From the NCBI GenBank assembly GCA_964016885.1, contig OZ024757.1, positions 27,714,001 to 27,778,000 of the forward strand: DNA of 64,000 bases, written 5' to 3'. The notes below the pieces were generated by a model. The model was not told where the DNA came from. It worked only from the letters and a program-made list of their open reading frames with translations, and ran no database searches. The position numbers were made by a program, and so were the translations under genes. The DNA is from Eledone cirrhosa (taxonomy: Eukaryota). Below are positions 52,958 to 64,000 of the stretch, one piece after another (the first letter of the stretch is position 1; each line of letters starts with the position of its first letter).

Positions 52958-55109
52958 ATGTCAGACAAGTTACTCACAGATCGTTAAGCTGATGTCTTAG
53001 CCGAGCATCAGTTTAGAGAGAAACCAAGAACCATTTAACATTAGTTACTTCATATAACTACAGGAACAGTCACAGTAAATTTCAAATAGACTTGTTAGTA
53101 AATTCCTGCTTTCCTTAGTAACTCAATTCAAAACATTCAAATAAATCATCCACCAAGTCTTTGCCAAGTATTTGTAATGAAATACACTGCTTGACTGTTT
53201 CAATTACTGTATATATTTGTGTGTAAGTCACACATCTTTTTCCATAAAAAATATTAAATGTAAAAACCAGCATATGACTTCTGCGTTTACAAAACCTCGA
53301 TTCAAAATATCTGGTATATTGTATGAAAAAATGGAGTGTAATGTAACTACTAGACCTATAGAACTGTACTTCAAAATATATGGCTGCCACATTATAAATG
53401 GAGATGCAACTTATCTTATGGATTTACGAAACCTTAATTCAAAATATATGGTACATTGTAAATGTTGTATGCAAAATGGCGGAGTGACTTAACTCAAGCT
53501 GTCATATCTACTGATGCAATTTATACATGAGTATATATGGTAATTTTGAAAACAATTATTTAATTATACATGTATTGTAGAGGCACATGGCTTAGTGGTT
53601 AGAGCATTGGCCTTGCAATCAAAAGGTTGTGAGTTCAATTCTCAGACCGGGTGATGTGTTGTTTCCTTGAGCAAGACACTTTATTTCACATTGCTCCAGT
53701 TTACTCAGCTGTAGAAATGAGATGATAGGGACTGGGGTCCATATCATTCTACTGCAAAGTGGTCGTGGAGGTGCCACGGCAAAAAAGCACCCAGCACTCA
53801 CTGTAAAGAGGAGAGAGAGTATTATTTAACCTTTTAGTATTTACATTACTCTATATATAATTGTTTCTACATTTGGCACAAGGTCAGCAATTATCCCAGT
53901 GTATTACTGGTACTTTATTTTATCGACCCCGTAAGGATGAAAGGCAAAGTTAACCTCGGCGGGATTTGAACTCAGTTCGTAAAGGGACGTAACTGTGCTG
54001 TAAAGCACGGCGTCCGACGCTCTACCGATACTGCCAATCCACCGAAACACTTTATTTCACATAATTATCTCACATCATATCGAATCTACGAGATTTTGGC
54101 GTCATTTATTTCAAGAACAATACCTTAACATCAACATGAACAGCCAGTTATGGTCGGGTTGAACAGAAAGAAGTGAGAGAATTCTGGCTGGATACAGCCA
54201 GTTTAAATGCTAAAGAGTTATGTGAGACGTGGAGGAAACAAAATGAAAGAACATTGTTCTATGATTCTAAGACTTACTTATTTTAGCTATTAGACTCTGA
54301 CTATGCTGGAACATCATTTTGCAGTGTGTAGCCAATTACATCAATTCCAGTACGTATTTTATAGACTTTTATTATAGACTTTGGAAGGATAAAAGTCACA
54401 ATGAACCTGGGTATGATTTGAACACAGAACATAAGTAAATAATAGGAAATATTTTATAGTATTTACTCATGTTTTTTTAAAGTGTATGTTGATGATTTAT
54501 AATGAGGTCAAATTGAAGATTTGTTTCATAAAATTCATGACAAATGTTTAAATAATACCATGTGTATGTGTGTGTGTGCATAATTATGATTATATATATA
54601 GTTTATGAAGAGTACTGAACATATGAAATAAATAATACTTAAGTGTGTATAAGTAGCACAGCCTTGATAGCTAACTGGATAGCTAAGTCAGCTCAGGAAA
54701 TAGATTTTGATAGTTAGATAGCTTTAGACAGAGTTTAGATAGTGTGATAGTGTGTGCATGGGGGAGTGAAATAGGTTGTGCTGAGCACATAATAATGGGA
54801 TTATGACTTGTCCCAATTATTAACTTCATCTTTACAGCTAGACAAACCATTACATTGTTGTTTATGAGATTATAATTATTCAGACTATTAACCACATCAT
54901 TAAAGATGAAACATTTTTTTTTTCAATATTTACATCTTAATAGAGGTTGGGCCACAGAAATCCAACAGTCTGTGGTCTGTCACATTTTGAATCTGGCTTG
55001 TACTATTATTTTTGTACCTTGTAGTATTATTTTTAGTTCTAGGCTTTATATTTCAGTGAGTGAAATAATAAAAACCTTGTTTGGAAGCATTATTAGTTTT
55101 GGCAGTGAA

Positions 55110-55490
55110 TTGAAGGGCGGTGAATTGGCAGTATCGGTGGAGGGTCAGACATGCTTTCCTGCATACTTACGTCCCTTTACGATCTGAGTTCAAATCCCGC
55201 CAAGGTTAACTTTGCCTTTCATCCTTACGAGGTCGATAAAATAAAGTACCAGTAATATACTGGGTAATTGCTGGCCTTGTGCCAAAAGTAGAAACAATTA
55301 TTAGTTATGGCAGTATCGGTAGAAGGTCGGACGCCATGCTTTGCAGCATAGAGTTACGGACCTTTACAATCTGAGTTCAATTCCTGCCGAGGTCAACTTT
55401 GCTTTTCATCCTCACGGGGTTGATAAAATAAAGTACCAGTAATGCACTGGGTAATTGATGGCCTTGTGCTAAATGTAGAAACAATTATTA
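55110..55490 (+). mobile_element. Tandem pair of a second tRNA-derived SINE family (many copies, e.g. 170-285, 4950-5025, 13895-14000, 39634-39754, 41470-41670, 45140-45315, 51425-51625, 53860-54045, 60630-60940)
   Basis: A-box-like TGGCAGTATCGG, B-box GAGTTCAAATCC, conserved centre TTTGCCTTTCATCCTTACGRGGTCGATAAAATAAAGTACCAG, 3' end GGCCTTGTGCCAAAAGTAGAAACAATTATTA. Confidence 0.8.
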
Positions 55491-56574
55491 GTTTTATTAT
55501 TTCTGTTTCAAGCTTTATTTTTGATTTTATAAGGCATCAATATATATATATTTGTGTAGGAGTCACGACAAAAAGCTCCCAGCTCACGCTGTAAGGTGGC
55601 CCTGTAGGAGTCATGACACCCAGTACACACTGTAAATGTGGTTGGCATTAGAAAAGGCATCCAGCCATAGAAATCTAACCAGAAATAGTCCTATATGAGC
55701 AAGACATGGTCACCTGACCCAACTTGCCTCAAATGGGACAACCTGTCTAACCCATGCTAGCATGGAAAATGGACGTTAAATGTTAAAGGGTTAAGTCTTG
55801 CAAGCCAAGGTGAATAAAAAAGAACCCTTGATTATAGCAGGTTAGGGTTTAATTGACCTTAGCCAAGATACTTCAGAGTGGGATAGAACCAAAGAGTACA
55901 GGATTGTGAAATGATCTTCTTAACCACACAGCCATGCCTCCACCTATAAGCTATACATGCATCTATTTCTGTATTATTTCAATATATCTGTATTATTCCT
56001 ATAAATAAAAGCTAAATTAGCATATAGATGCAACCACAACCATTTTGATAGTAAAATAAAAAAATAAAAGGAAATCTAATCAGTGCTGAGTGATGTTATC
56101 TGATACTACTTGTTAAAATATTCATTCTCTATAGAAAGCTATCTGAAAGACAAATCAGCTTCAATACTTTAATTTAATTCATCCAATCGATATATGAAGC
56201 TGAAGGTTGAAATATGCAGACCAGTCTTAGCTTTGAAAATTACCATTAAAAAAAATGGAAGAGGGAAAAAAAAAAACATGGCACAGGCATTGCTGTGTGG
56301 TTAAGGTGTTAACTTCACTATCATGCAGTTTTAGGTTTAGTTCCACAGTGTGATACCTTGAGCAAGTGTATTTACAATAGACTCTCATTGACCAATCAAT
56401 GCCTTATGACTGGAATTTGATAGACAGAAACTGCACAGAAGCCCATCGTGTATGTTTGTTTGTGTTTTCATAATGTCTGTGTTTATTAGTTATGTCCCAT
56501 AACTTAGTGGTGAGAGCCAGAGCAATTACCACAAGGCATTTTATTCAATGCTCTGACACCTCTCTCTCTCTATC

Positions 56575-56611
<37 letters not shown>

Positions 56612-57070
56612 GGTGTCCTAAAAAATGTATACACATTTTGATTACCTGTACAGGCAATATTTATTAAAATGCTGTTGAAGTGTGTATAAATTTTTTGTGA
56701 CACTCTGTATATATATATATATATGTGTGTATATATATATATATATACATACAGGCTATTTCAATCTTAATTACAAGATATATTGAATCAAAAAGAAACA
56801 AGACCATCTTAATATTCTATGAATATTAATTAGACTTTGAACAACACTATCAGATACATCAAATCCAAAAAGGAAAATGTCTTTTTTCTCAACATAAATG
56901 GTGCATGACTAAGACACAGACATTATTGTGTGATTAAGAAATTCACGTTGAAACTATGTGGTTTGGGGTTCTATACCACTGCATGGTATTTTGGGCAGTT
57001 GCCTTCTGTTATAATCTTAGTCCATCCAATGATTTGTGGGTACATTTTGTAGACAGAAACTGTAAGAAGG

Positions 57071-57152
<82 letters not shown>

Positions 57153-57189
57153 AATATATATATGTATATAAATATATATATGTATATAA

Positions 57190-57230
<41 letters not shown>

Positions 57231-57233
<3 letters not shown>

Positions 57234-57820
57234 CATCATCATCATCAACGTTTAACGTCCGTGTTCCACGCTTGCATGGGTTTGGACGGGGGTAGTCCCA
57301 CTTGAGGCAAGAGTGATTGTCTTGCTCGCATAGGACTGTCTGGCAGGTTTTCTACAGTTGGATGCCCTTCCTAACACCAACCACATTTACAGTGTGGGTC
57401 TGGGAGGTTTTTACCGTGTTGCCTACATGGCCACATTACAGCATGGACTCTCTAACAAAATACACCCCGTCCCACCACCACCACCCCCACCCCATCCACA
57501 CCACCCCGTTCTATGTAAAGTTATGTTGGTGCCGCGCCATCCAGGCCGAAACAAATGAGATCGTGTAGGTGTCACGACAAAAAAACACACAGTCCACGCT
57601 GTAATGTGGCCGTGTAGGCAACACGGTAAAAACCTCCCAGACCCACACTGTAAATGTGGTTGGTGTTAGGAAGGGCATCCAACTGTAGAAATCCTGCCAG
57701 ACAGTCCTATGCGAGCAAGACAATCACTCTTGCCTCAAGTGGGACTACCCCCGTCCAAACCCATGCAAGCGTGGAACACGGACGTTAAACGTTGATGATG
57801 ATGATGATGATGATGATGAT
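57231..57820. mobile_element. Palindromic RTE 3'-UTR insertion: plus copy 57450-57820 preceded by an inverted copy of its last ~220 nt (57231-57449)
   Basis: 57450-57820 is nearly identical to 50390-50749; 57231-57449 is the reverse complement of ~57590-57810, including the (GAT)n tail. Confidence 0.92.
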
Positions 57821-57821
57821 G

Positions 57822-57854
<33 letters not shown>

Positions 57855-57855
57855 G

Positions 57856-57886
<31 letters not shown>

Positions 57887-58033
57887 GTATATATATGTAT
57901 ATATATATATATGTATATATATGTATATATATATATATGTATATATATGTATATATATATATATGTATATATATATATGTATATATATATATATGTATAT
58001 GTATATATGTATATATATATATATGTATATATG

Positions 58034-58090
<57 letters not shown>

Positions 58091-58141
58091 GTATATATAT
58101 ATATGTATATATATATATATGTATATATATATGTATGTATT

Positions 58142-58188
<47 letters not shown>

Positions 58189-58658
58189 GTATATATATAT
58201 ATATGTATATATATATATGGGAGAGATGACCCCTTAGCCTTTGTCAAGGCAGAATTCTAGGAGAAGGAAAACTCTGATATAACACCTGCAACCCTGATGG
58301 TATCCAATGATGTTGACTTGTTCTTCTTTTTGGTAAATATCATCTTGGTTAAGAGAGTGGGACTGGCTTTGTGCAGTGCCTTTGCTCACTATAAAAGCTT
58401 CACGGCACAGGCATTGCTTTATATCTGGAGATCTCCCTGCACTTGTTGTCACATGATACCATGGGCCCAGCACTAAGTGTCAATAATTGTCACAAGTGTA
58501 GTGTTTGTACCAGAGTTTTCAAGTCGCTGGCTGGACTAAAAAGTCACACTCGTTCAGCGCATCGGTAGGGGTTCTCCTACATGGATATAAAGTAGTGGCC
58601 GTACTCGAAAACGAGTTGGCAGCCACCATATATATATATATATATATGTATATATATG

Positions 58659-58749
<91 letters not shown>

Positions 58750-58754
58750 GTATA

Positions 58755-58805
<51 letters not shown>

Positions 58806-58816
58806 GTATATATATG

Positions 58817-58851
<35 letters not shown>

Positions 58852-58862
58852 GTATATATATG

Positions 58863-58895
<33 letters not shown>

Positions 58896-59068
58896 GTATA
58901 TATATGTATATATATATATGTATATATATGTATATATATATATATATATATGTGTATATATATATGTGTATATATATATGTGTATATATATATATGTGTA
59001 TATATATATGTGTATATATATATATATGTGTATATATATATGTGTATATATATATATATGTGTATATA

Positions 59069-59101
<33 letters not shown>

Positions 59102-59136
59102 GTGTATATATATATATATGTGTATATATATATGTG

Positions 59137-59176
<40 letters not shown>

Positions 59177-59190
59177 TGAATGTATATATA
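57821..59190. repeat. Long interrupted (TA)n/(TATG) microsatellite tracts (57821-58218, 58628-59190)
   Basis: Directly visible; source of the IYIY pseudo-ORFs. Confidence 0.95.
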
Positions 59191-59427
59191 GTGTATCTTG
59201 CAATACACTGTGTGCTTAATTAAAAGCATTTTGAAGACCATACGGTATCGTTTAATGTTAAATTTTCCACACTTGCATGCATTAGATGGGTCATCCATGC
59301 TGGGAGGCAAGTCTAGCCAGGGTTGGCCATGTGTTGCACCTTGCTCTGAAAATTTGGCTGGGTATTTTACAGCAATCATGTTTAACACCAACCATGTTTA
59401 CATATATATATATATATATACATGGAA

Positions 59428-59750
59428 GCACATGACTTAGTGGTTAGAGCATTGGCCTTGCAATCGAAAGATTGTGAGTTCAATTCTCAGACTGGGTGAT
59501 GTGTTGTTTCCTTGAGCAAGACACTTTATTTCACATTGCTCCAGTTTACTCAGCTGTAGAAATGAGATGATAGGACTGCGGTCCATATCATTCCACTGCA
59601 AAGTGGTCGTGAAGGTGCCACGGCAAAAAAGCACCCAGCACTCACTGTAAATGAGGTTGGTGTTAGGAGGGGCATCCAGCTGTAGAAATCAAGCCAGAAT
59701 CAGTTCCCGTCCCACCCTTGCAAGCAGGGAAAAAGCGGACATAAAATGGA
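59428..59750 (+). mobile_element. Full-length tRNA-derived SINE with CORE-like centre and RTE-type tail (copies at 30655-30982 minus, 53581-53805, partial 34440-34630, 41800-42010, 62712-62862)
   Basis: A-box TGRCTTAGTGG, B-box GAGTTCAATTC, CORE-like TCCTTGAGCAAGACACTT, tail GGTTGGTGTTAGGARGGGCATCCAGCTGTAGAAA...GCAAGCAGGGAAAA. Confidence 0.8.
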
Positions 59751-60439
59751 ATGGAATGGAATACATATATATATACATAATGACAAACAATGAAAGAATA
59801 AGAAACACAAGGTGAGGTAGCTTATTTGTTTAGTGTTTTACAATTGTTTCAGAGAGCAAATAGTAATTAATGATGTGAAGACTAATTGATGGTAGTTATG
59901 TAGCTCCATACCATTAGGCTAAAAAAACCACATCTATTTTGCTGTCAAGCTTCAGAAATAGTCAAGCATATATGTATGAATTAATATATAGTTTGATATT
60001 AATGTTTATATTAACATAGTATGAGTCACATATATATATATATTAATCACATATATATGCAGATTAAATATGCATATATATATATATATATATAACCCAT
60101 ATATACATATATACACAAACATATTTACACATGTTAATAACTCTTGACTGAAGAAGTTATATAAACTGAAATTCATGTTGTTTTTCATTGATAGACAATT
60201 TGTAGTATATATATATGTATGGTAGAATGACTGTAGAATGTTTTGCTGGAAAATGTTATATGTTTATAGAAAACACAAGACTTAGTGAACTATATAGAAA
60301 TGTAAATAGGTTAATTTGACTTGGCCTCTATCTGAAATAGGTTTAATATATGTATATATATACATACAGGGTGTTCCCCCAAAATGTATACACACTTCAA
60401 CAGCATTCTAATCAAAGTGTGTATACATTTTTGGAGGGC

Positions 60440-60490
<51 letters not shown>

Positions 60491-60941
60491 TGAAAACAAA
60501 GACAAGATGGAATATGATACAAAATGAGAATATTAGTTTAATATATATAATTTTTCAAACTGGCAAGCAACAGAGCATATCTTAATAGGCATAGTGATAA
60601 CTCAAAATATACTGATAATGATAATAATAATAATTGTTTCTACTATTGGCACAAGACCAGCAATTACCCAGTTCATTACTGGTACTTTATTTTATCGACC
60701 CCGTAAGGATGAAAGGCAAAATTAACAATAATGAATATTTGTACTTTAGGCACAAGGCCTCCAATTTGAAGGGGAGGGGAAAGTCGATTGAATCGACTCC
60801 AGTGCGGTATTGGTACTTTATTTCATTGACCCCGTAAGGATGAAAGGCAAAGCTAACCTTGGCAGAATTTGAAATCAGAATGTAAAAAGATGTAACACTA
60901 TGTTGTGAAGCATGTTGTCTGATGCTCTACCAATACTGCCA

Positions 60942-61350
60942 TGAGTAGGTGGTTTTTGATAAGGAAAAAAGATCATGCCTGATTGTAGGTGTAGTCTGCC
61001 CCTTTGACACAAGAGTGCAAAAAAAGGAGAAGAAGAAAATTAACAAATACCAGGATTTAAAGTGGGAATTAAAAAGGATTTGGACTGTCATGTGATCAAG
61101 GTCATCCTGATTGTCATAGGAGCACTAGGTACTATCTCAAAGATTTTTCAAGGATGGTTAAAGAACATTAATCCAGCTCCCTTTTTGAGAACACTTCAAA
61201 GGGCATTCTTGCTGGGAACAACAAGAACCCTCCAATACATCCTGAATATCTGATGCTGCAGGTAGCGGCTTGATGTTCATTTGAAGAATCTTTCCAGTTA
61301 AATAACATTAATGATTGAGACTCCAAGAAAATAATGATAAGAATGATAAT
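60942..61350 (+). mobile_element. 3' fragment of an R4/Dong-like non-LTR element (restriction-like endonuclease domain)
   Basis: Translation VVFDKEKRSCLIVGVVCPFDTRV...KINKYQDLKW then VIKVILIVIGALGTISK...LQRAFLLGTTRTLQYILNI*, followed by an (AAT)-rich tail. Confidence 0.75.
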
Positions 61351-62565
61351 AACAACATCAATATTGGTTTTTTTAACAGAAAGATGAAAGGCAAAGTTAA
61401 CCTCAGGCATGATTTGAACTCAGAGCACAAATAGCTGGAAATTCGTCTATAGTTCTAATGATATTTACAATAGTAACACTAGAAGTAGTAGTAGCAGCAA
61501 CAACAGCAAAAGCAGAAGTGTTTCAGTTCTAATTTGTAAATCTAAACGAGGCTTGTTAGAAAGTTCCGGAAACCGTCAATTAAAAAACTCCAAGAGTTGG
61601 AATCCAATATTTCCATGTGTTCCTCTCTCTCTTGTTCACGTTAAACTTTACAGCTGATGTAAAGAAAAAAAATAAGTAGCAGATGAGGGGGGTGGGGGGG
61701 GGGGGTATTCAGAATTTCTGTGTATGCACATGTATAATAAGTGTGTGTGTAGGAGAGTGTGCATGCGTATGCATCTCTGTATTTGTATGCGTATGTGTGA
61801 ATAGGTGAGTGTATGTGTATTTAAGTAAGTGCCTGTATATGAGTATGTGTGTGTGTATATATATATATATATGTGTGTGTGTATGTAAGTCGATGTGTAA
61901 GTGGGTATGTGTATGTGTGTGAGTGTATATGCAAGTGTGAGTATATATATTTATATATATATGTGAGTGTATGTGTACGAGTGTGTGTGTGTATGAGTGT
62001 ATATGAATGTGTAAGTGTGAGTGTATATATATATGTGTATGTGTGTGCATATGTGTAAGTGTGTATGAGTGTGTATAAGTGTGTATGAGTGTATAAGTGT
62101 GTATGGGTGTGTAAGTTTGTGTGTGCAGTTAATTAGAATGAGAGTTATAGAAACTGATAGATCCATTACACTAAAGTGAAATGCAATTTAATCTGCTGTC
62201 TTGTATGGCTGCAACAACAATGAAAGATGTTTCCAATAAATTGAATGCATGTATTTAGTTTCATATTATTATATGATGGTGTCAGTGTGTGCTATGTGTA
62301 CACGTGTTTTAAATAGAATCCCACTCATTATCAAAAATCCTTAAGTATCATAATTCATTATCATTCGTTAACATTTTATGTCTGTTTTTTTTTTCTATAC
62401 TTCCATGGGTTGGACAGGTTTTTACCAGCACACCATCACTCTATTCATTGCATTCCCTCATGTAGGTGTGTGTATGTACATATATATAACAAAGGAAGTG
62501 TGGTAAGGAACCAGGTGGACCATAATGTACCAGAGTACTTGATACTTAGGGTAGTAGAGTGGGTA

Positions 62566-62675
62566 ATAGAAAAAGAGTCAGGACCCCGATGGTTGAGCTC
62601 CAGCCGTTTCGATAGCTAGGTCTGACCTAGCTGTCGAAACGGCTGGAGCTCAGCCGTCGGGGTTCTGACTCTCTT

Positions 62676-62680
<5 letters not shown>
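62566..62680. repeat. GC-rich fold-back with ~55-bp arms next to (TA)n
   Basis: AGAGTCAGGACCCCGATGGTTGAGCTCCAGCCGTTTCGATAGCTAGG / CCTAGCTGTCGAAACGGCTGGAGCTCAGCCGTCGGGGTTCTGACTCT. Confidence 0.85.
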
Positions 62681-62715
<35 letters not shown>

Positions 62716-63125
62716 CAGTTGATCAACTTTTGTCAAATTAGAATGAGGAAACAATGTTTCCATTGGTCTTTACGATTGTTAATACTATCTATCGGTCGGT
62801 CGTAACTCCGGGTAGAAGGAACAACGTGAAATAAAGTGTCTTGTTCAAGACATAACGCATTGTAATAAACAACCCAAAATTTCCATTACCCAAGGTTTCA
62901 TGCAGTTGGACGATTTTAACAGAAACGTCTGATATACAGTGCACTCTTCTTTTCTTTACCTTTTCCACAGAAATACTTAACATGTATATATATATCATCT
63001 ACTACTACCAGCTTAATGATCAATATTGCCCCTTCCTATTTTTACTATTGGTCAATCTCAACCTTGTTCTTAAAAGGTTATTTATTCATACATGTTTTTT
63101 ATATTCTTCAATAAACAAAACTCTC

Positions 63126-63256
63126 TATTTCTGAAGACGGCGGGTAGAGAAGACATATGTATATTTTCTTACTTTGATAATTTGTAATATATTTTACATA
63201 GATCACTAATAGAATGAGCATACGGAGAACTACCCCCCAGAAACGATCGCAAAATA
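63126..63256 (+). ncRNA. Hammerhead ribozyme motif with long stem II insert and mutated cleavage triplet
   Basis: tattt-CTGAAGA-cggcgggtag...ctacccccca-GAAAC-gatc-GCA-aaata; perfect stem I, GCA instead of GTH. Confidence 0.55.
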
Positions 63257-63313
63257 ATGAGTTTTACTATGAATTACCCATATTTTGTTTAATTTCCTTG
63301 TTTTCACTATTTG

Positions 63314-63367
<54 letters not shown>

Positions 63368-64000
63368 ATATATATATATATAAAAAAAAAAAAAACTACT
63401 CACAGTCCACGCTGTAATGTGGCTGTGTAGTTAACACAGTAAAACGTTGTCAGTTCCACACTGTAAATGTAGTTGGTGTTAGGAAGGGCATCCAGCCGTA
63501 GAAAGCCTGCCAGATAGTCCTATACAAGCGAGACACGGTCACCCGATCAACCTTGCCTCAAGTGGCACAACTCCTGTCTAACCCATGCTAGCGTGGAAGA
63601 TGGATGTTAAACGATGATGATGATATATATATATAAGGAAGTTCTGATGCCATTGGTATGTTTGTGTAGTTGTTCTTTTGTTTTACATTGCAAGATTGAT
63701 GCAGGCATGGATGTATGTATGGATATAAGTGTGTGTGTATATGTATGTGAGGATGTATGAGTGGATATATGTGAGTGTGTATGTATGGATATATGTGTAT
63801 GTATATGTATGCGAGGATGTATGTATGGTTAGTTATAAGTGTGTGTGTATGTATGTGTGTGTGTATGCATGTATGGATATATGTATGAGTGTATATATGT
63901 AAGTGAGGATGTATGTATGGATATATGTGTGTATATGTATGTGTGGATGAGCCAATATATATATATGTATGTGTACATGTATGTATTATGTAAATATGTA

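Noticed and set aside
53472-53482. YY1-like motif CAAAATGGCGG suggesting a promoter
   Set aside because: A single short motif followed by an in-frame stop, with no other promoter or exon support; flanking ORFs 53115-53390 and 53217-53492 resemble nothing I recognise.
57735-59391. Long ORFs rich in I/Y/M/C/H/T (also 5300-5747, 36026-37660, 61709-62166)
   Set aside because: They are translations of (TA)n, (CA)n and (TATG)n microsatellites, which lack stop codons.

Overview
AT-rich, microsatellite-dense animal genomic DNA. The SINE, RTE-LINE and (TA)n landscape is most consistent with an octopod cephalopod; this is inferred from the repeat content, not proven. The only host gene I can support is HMCES (SRAP-domain abasic-site sensor) on the minus strand. 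Eight coding exons from 47602 down to 29118 splice in frame with GT-AG junctions, while the short first exon carrying the catalytic Cys2 is not in the window. Bases 1 to ~25200 form a hierarchical repeat domain: degenerate modules in opposite orientations on either side of a hairpin at ~5770, a decayed LINE with a 13-bp TSD, and about three recent ~4.2-kb tandem copies. The HMCES introns hold RTE-type LINE fragments, tRNA-derived SINEs, a 5S-derived SINE, piggyBac-type and Tc1/mariner-type MITEs and an R4/Dong-like fragment. Most notable: (1) the strongly conserved DNA-binding Arg of HMCES (human R98) is genomically Lys (AAG), one A-to-I edit from Arg; (2) a dispersed set of minimal hammerhead-ribozyme motifs, often in fold-back palindromes next to (TA)n tracts, likely Penelope-like remnants; (3) recurrent tail-out inverted pairs of RTE 3' ends.
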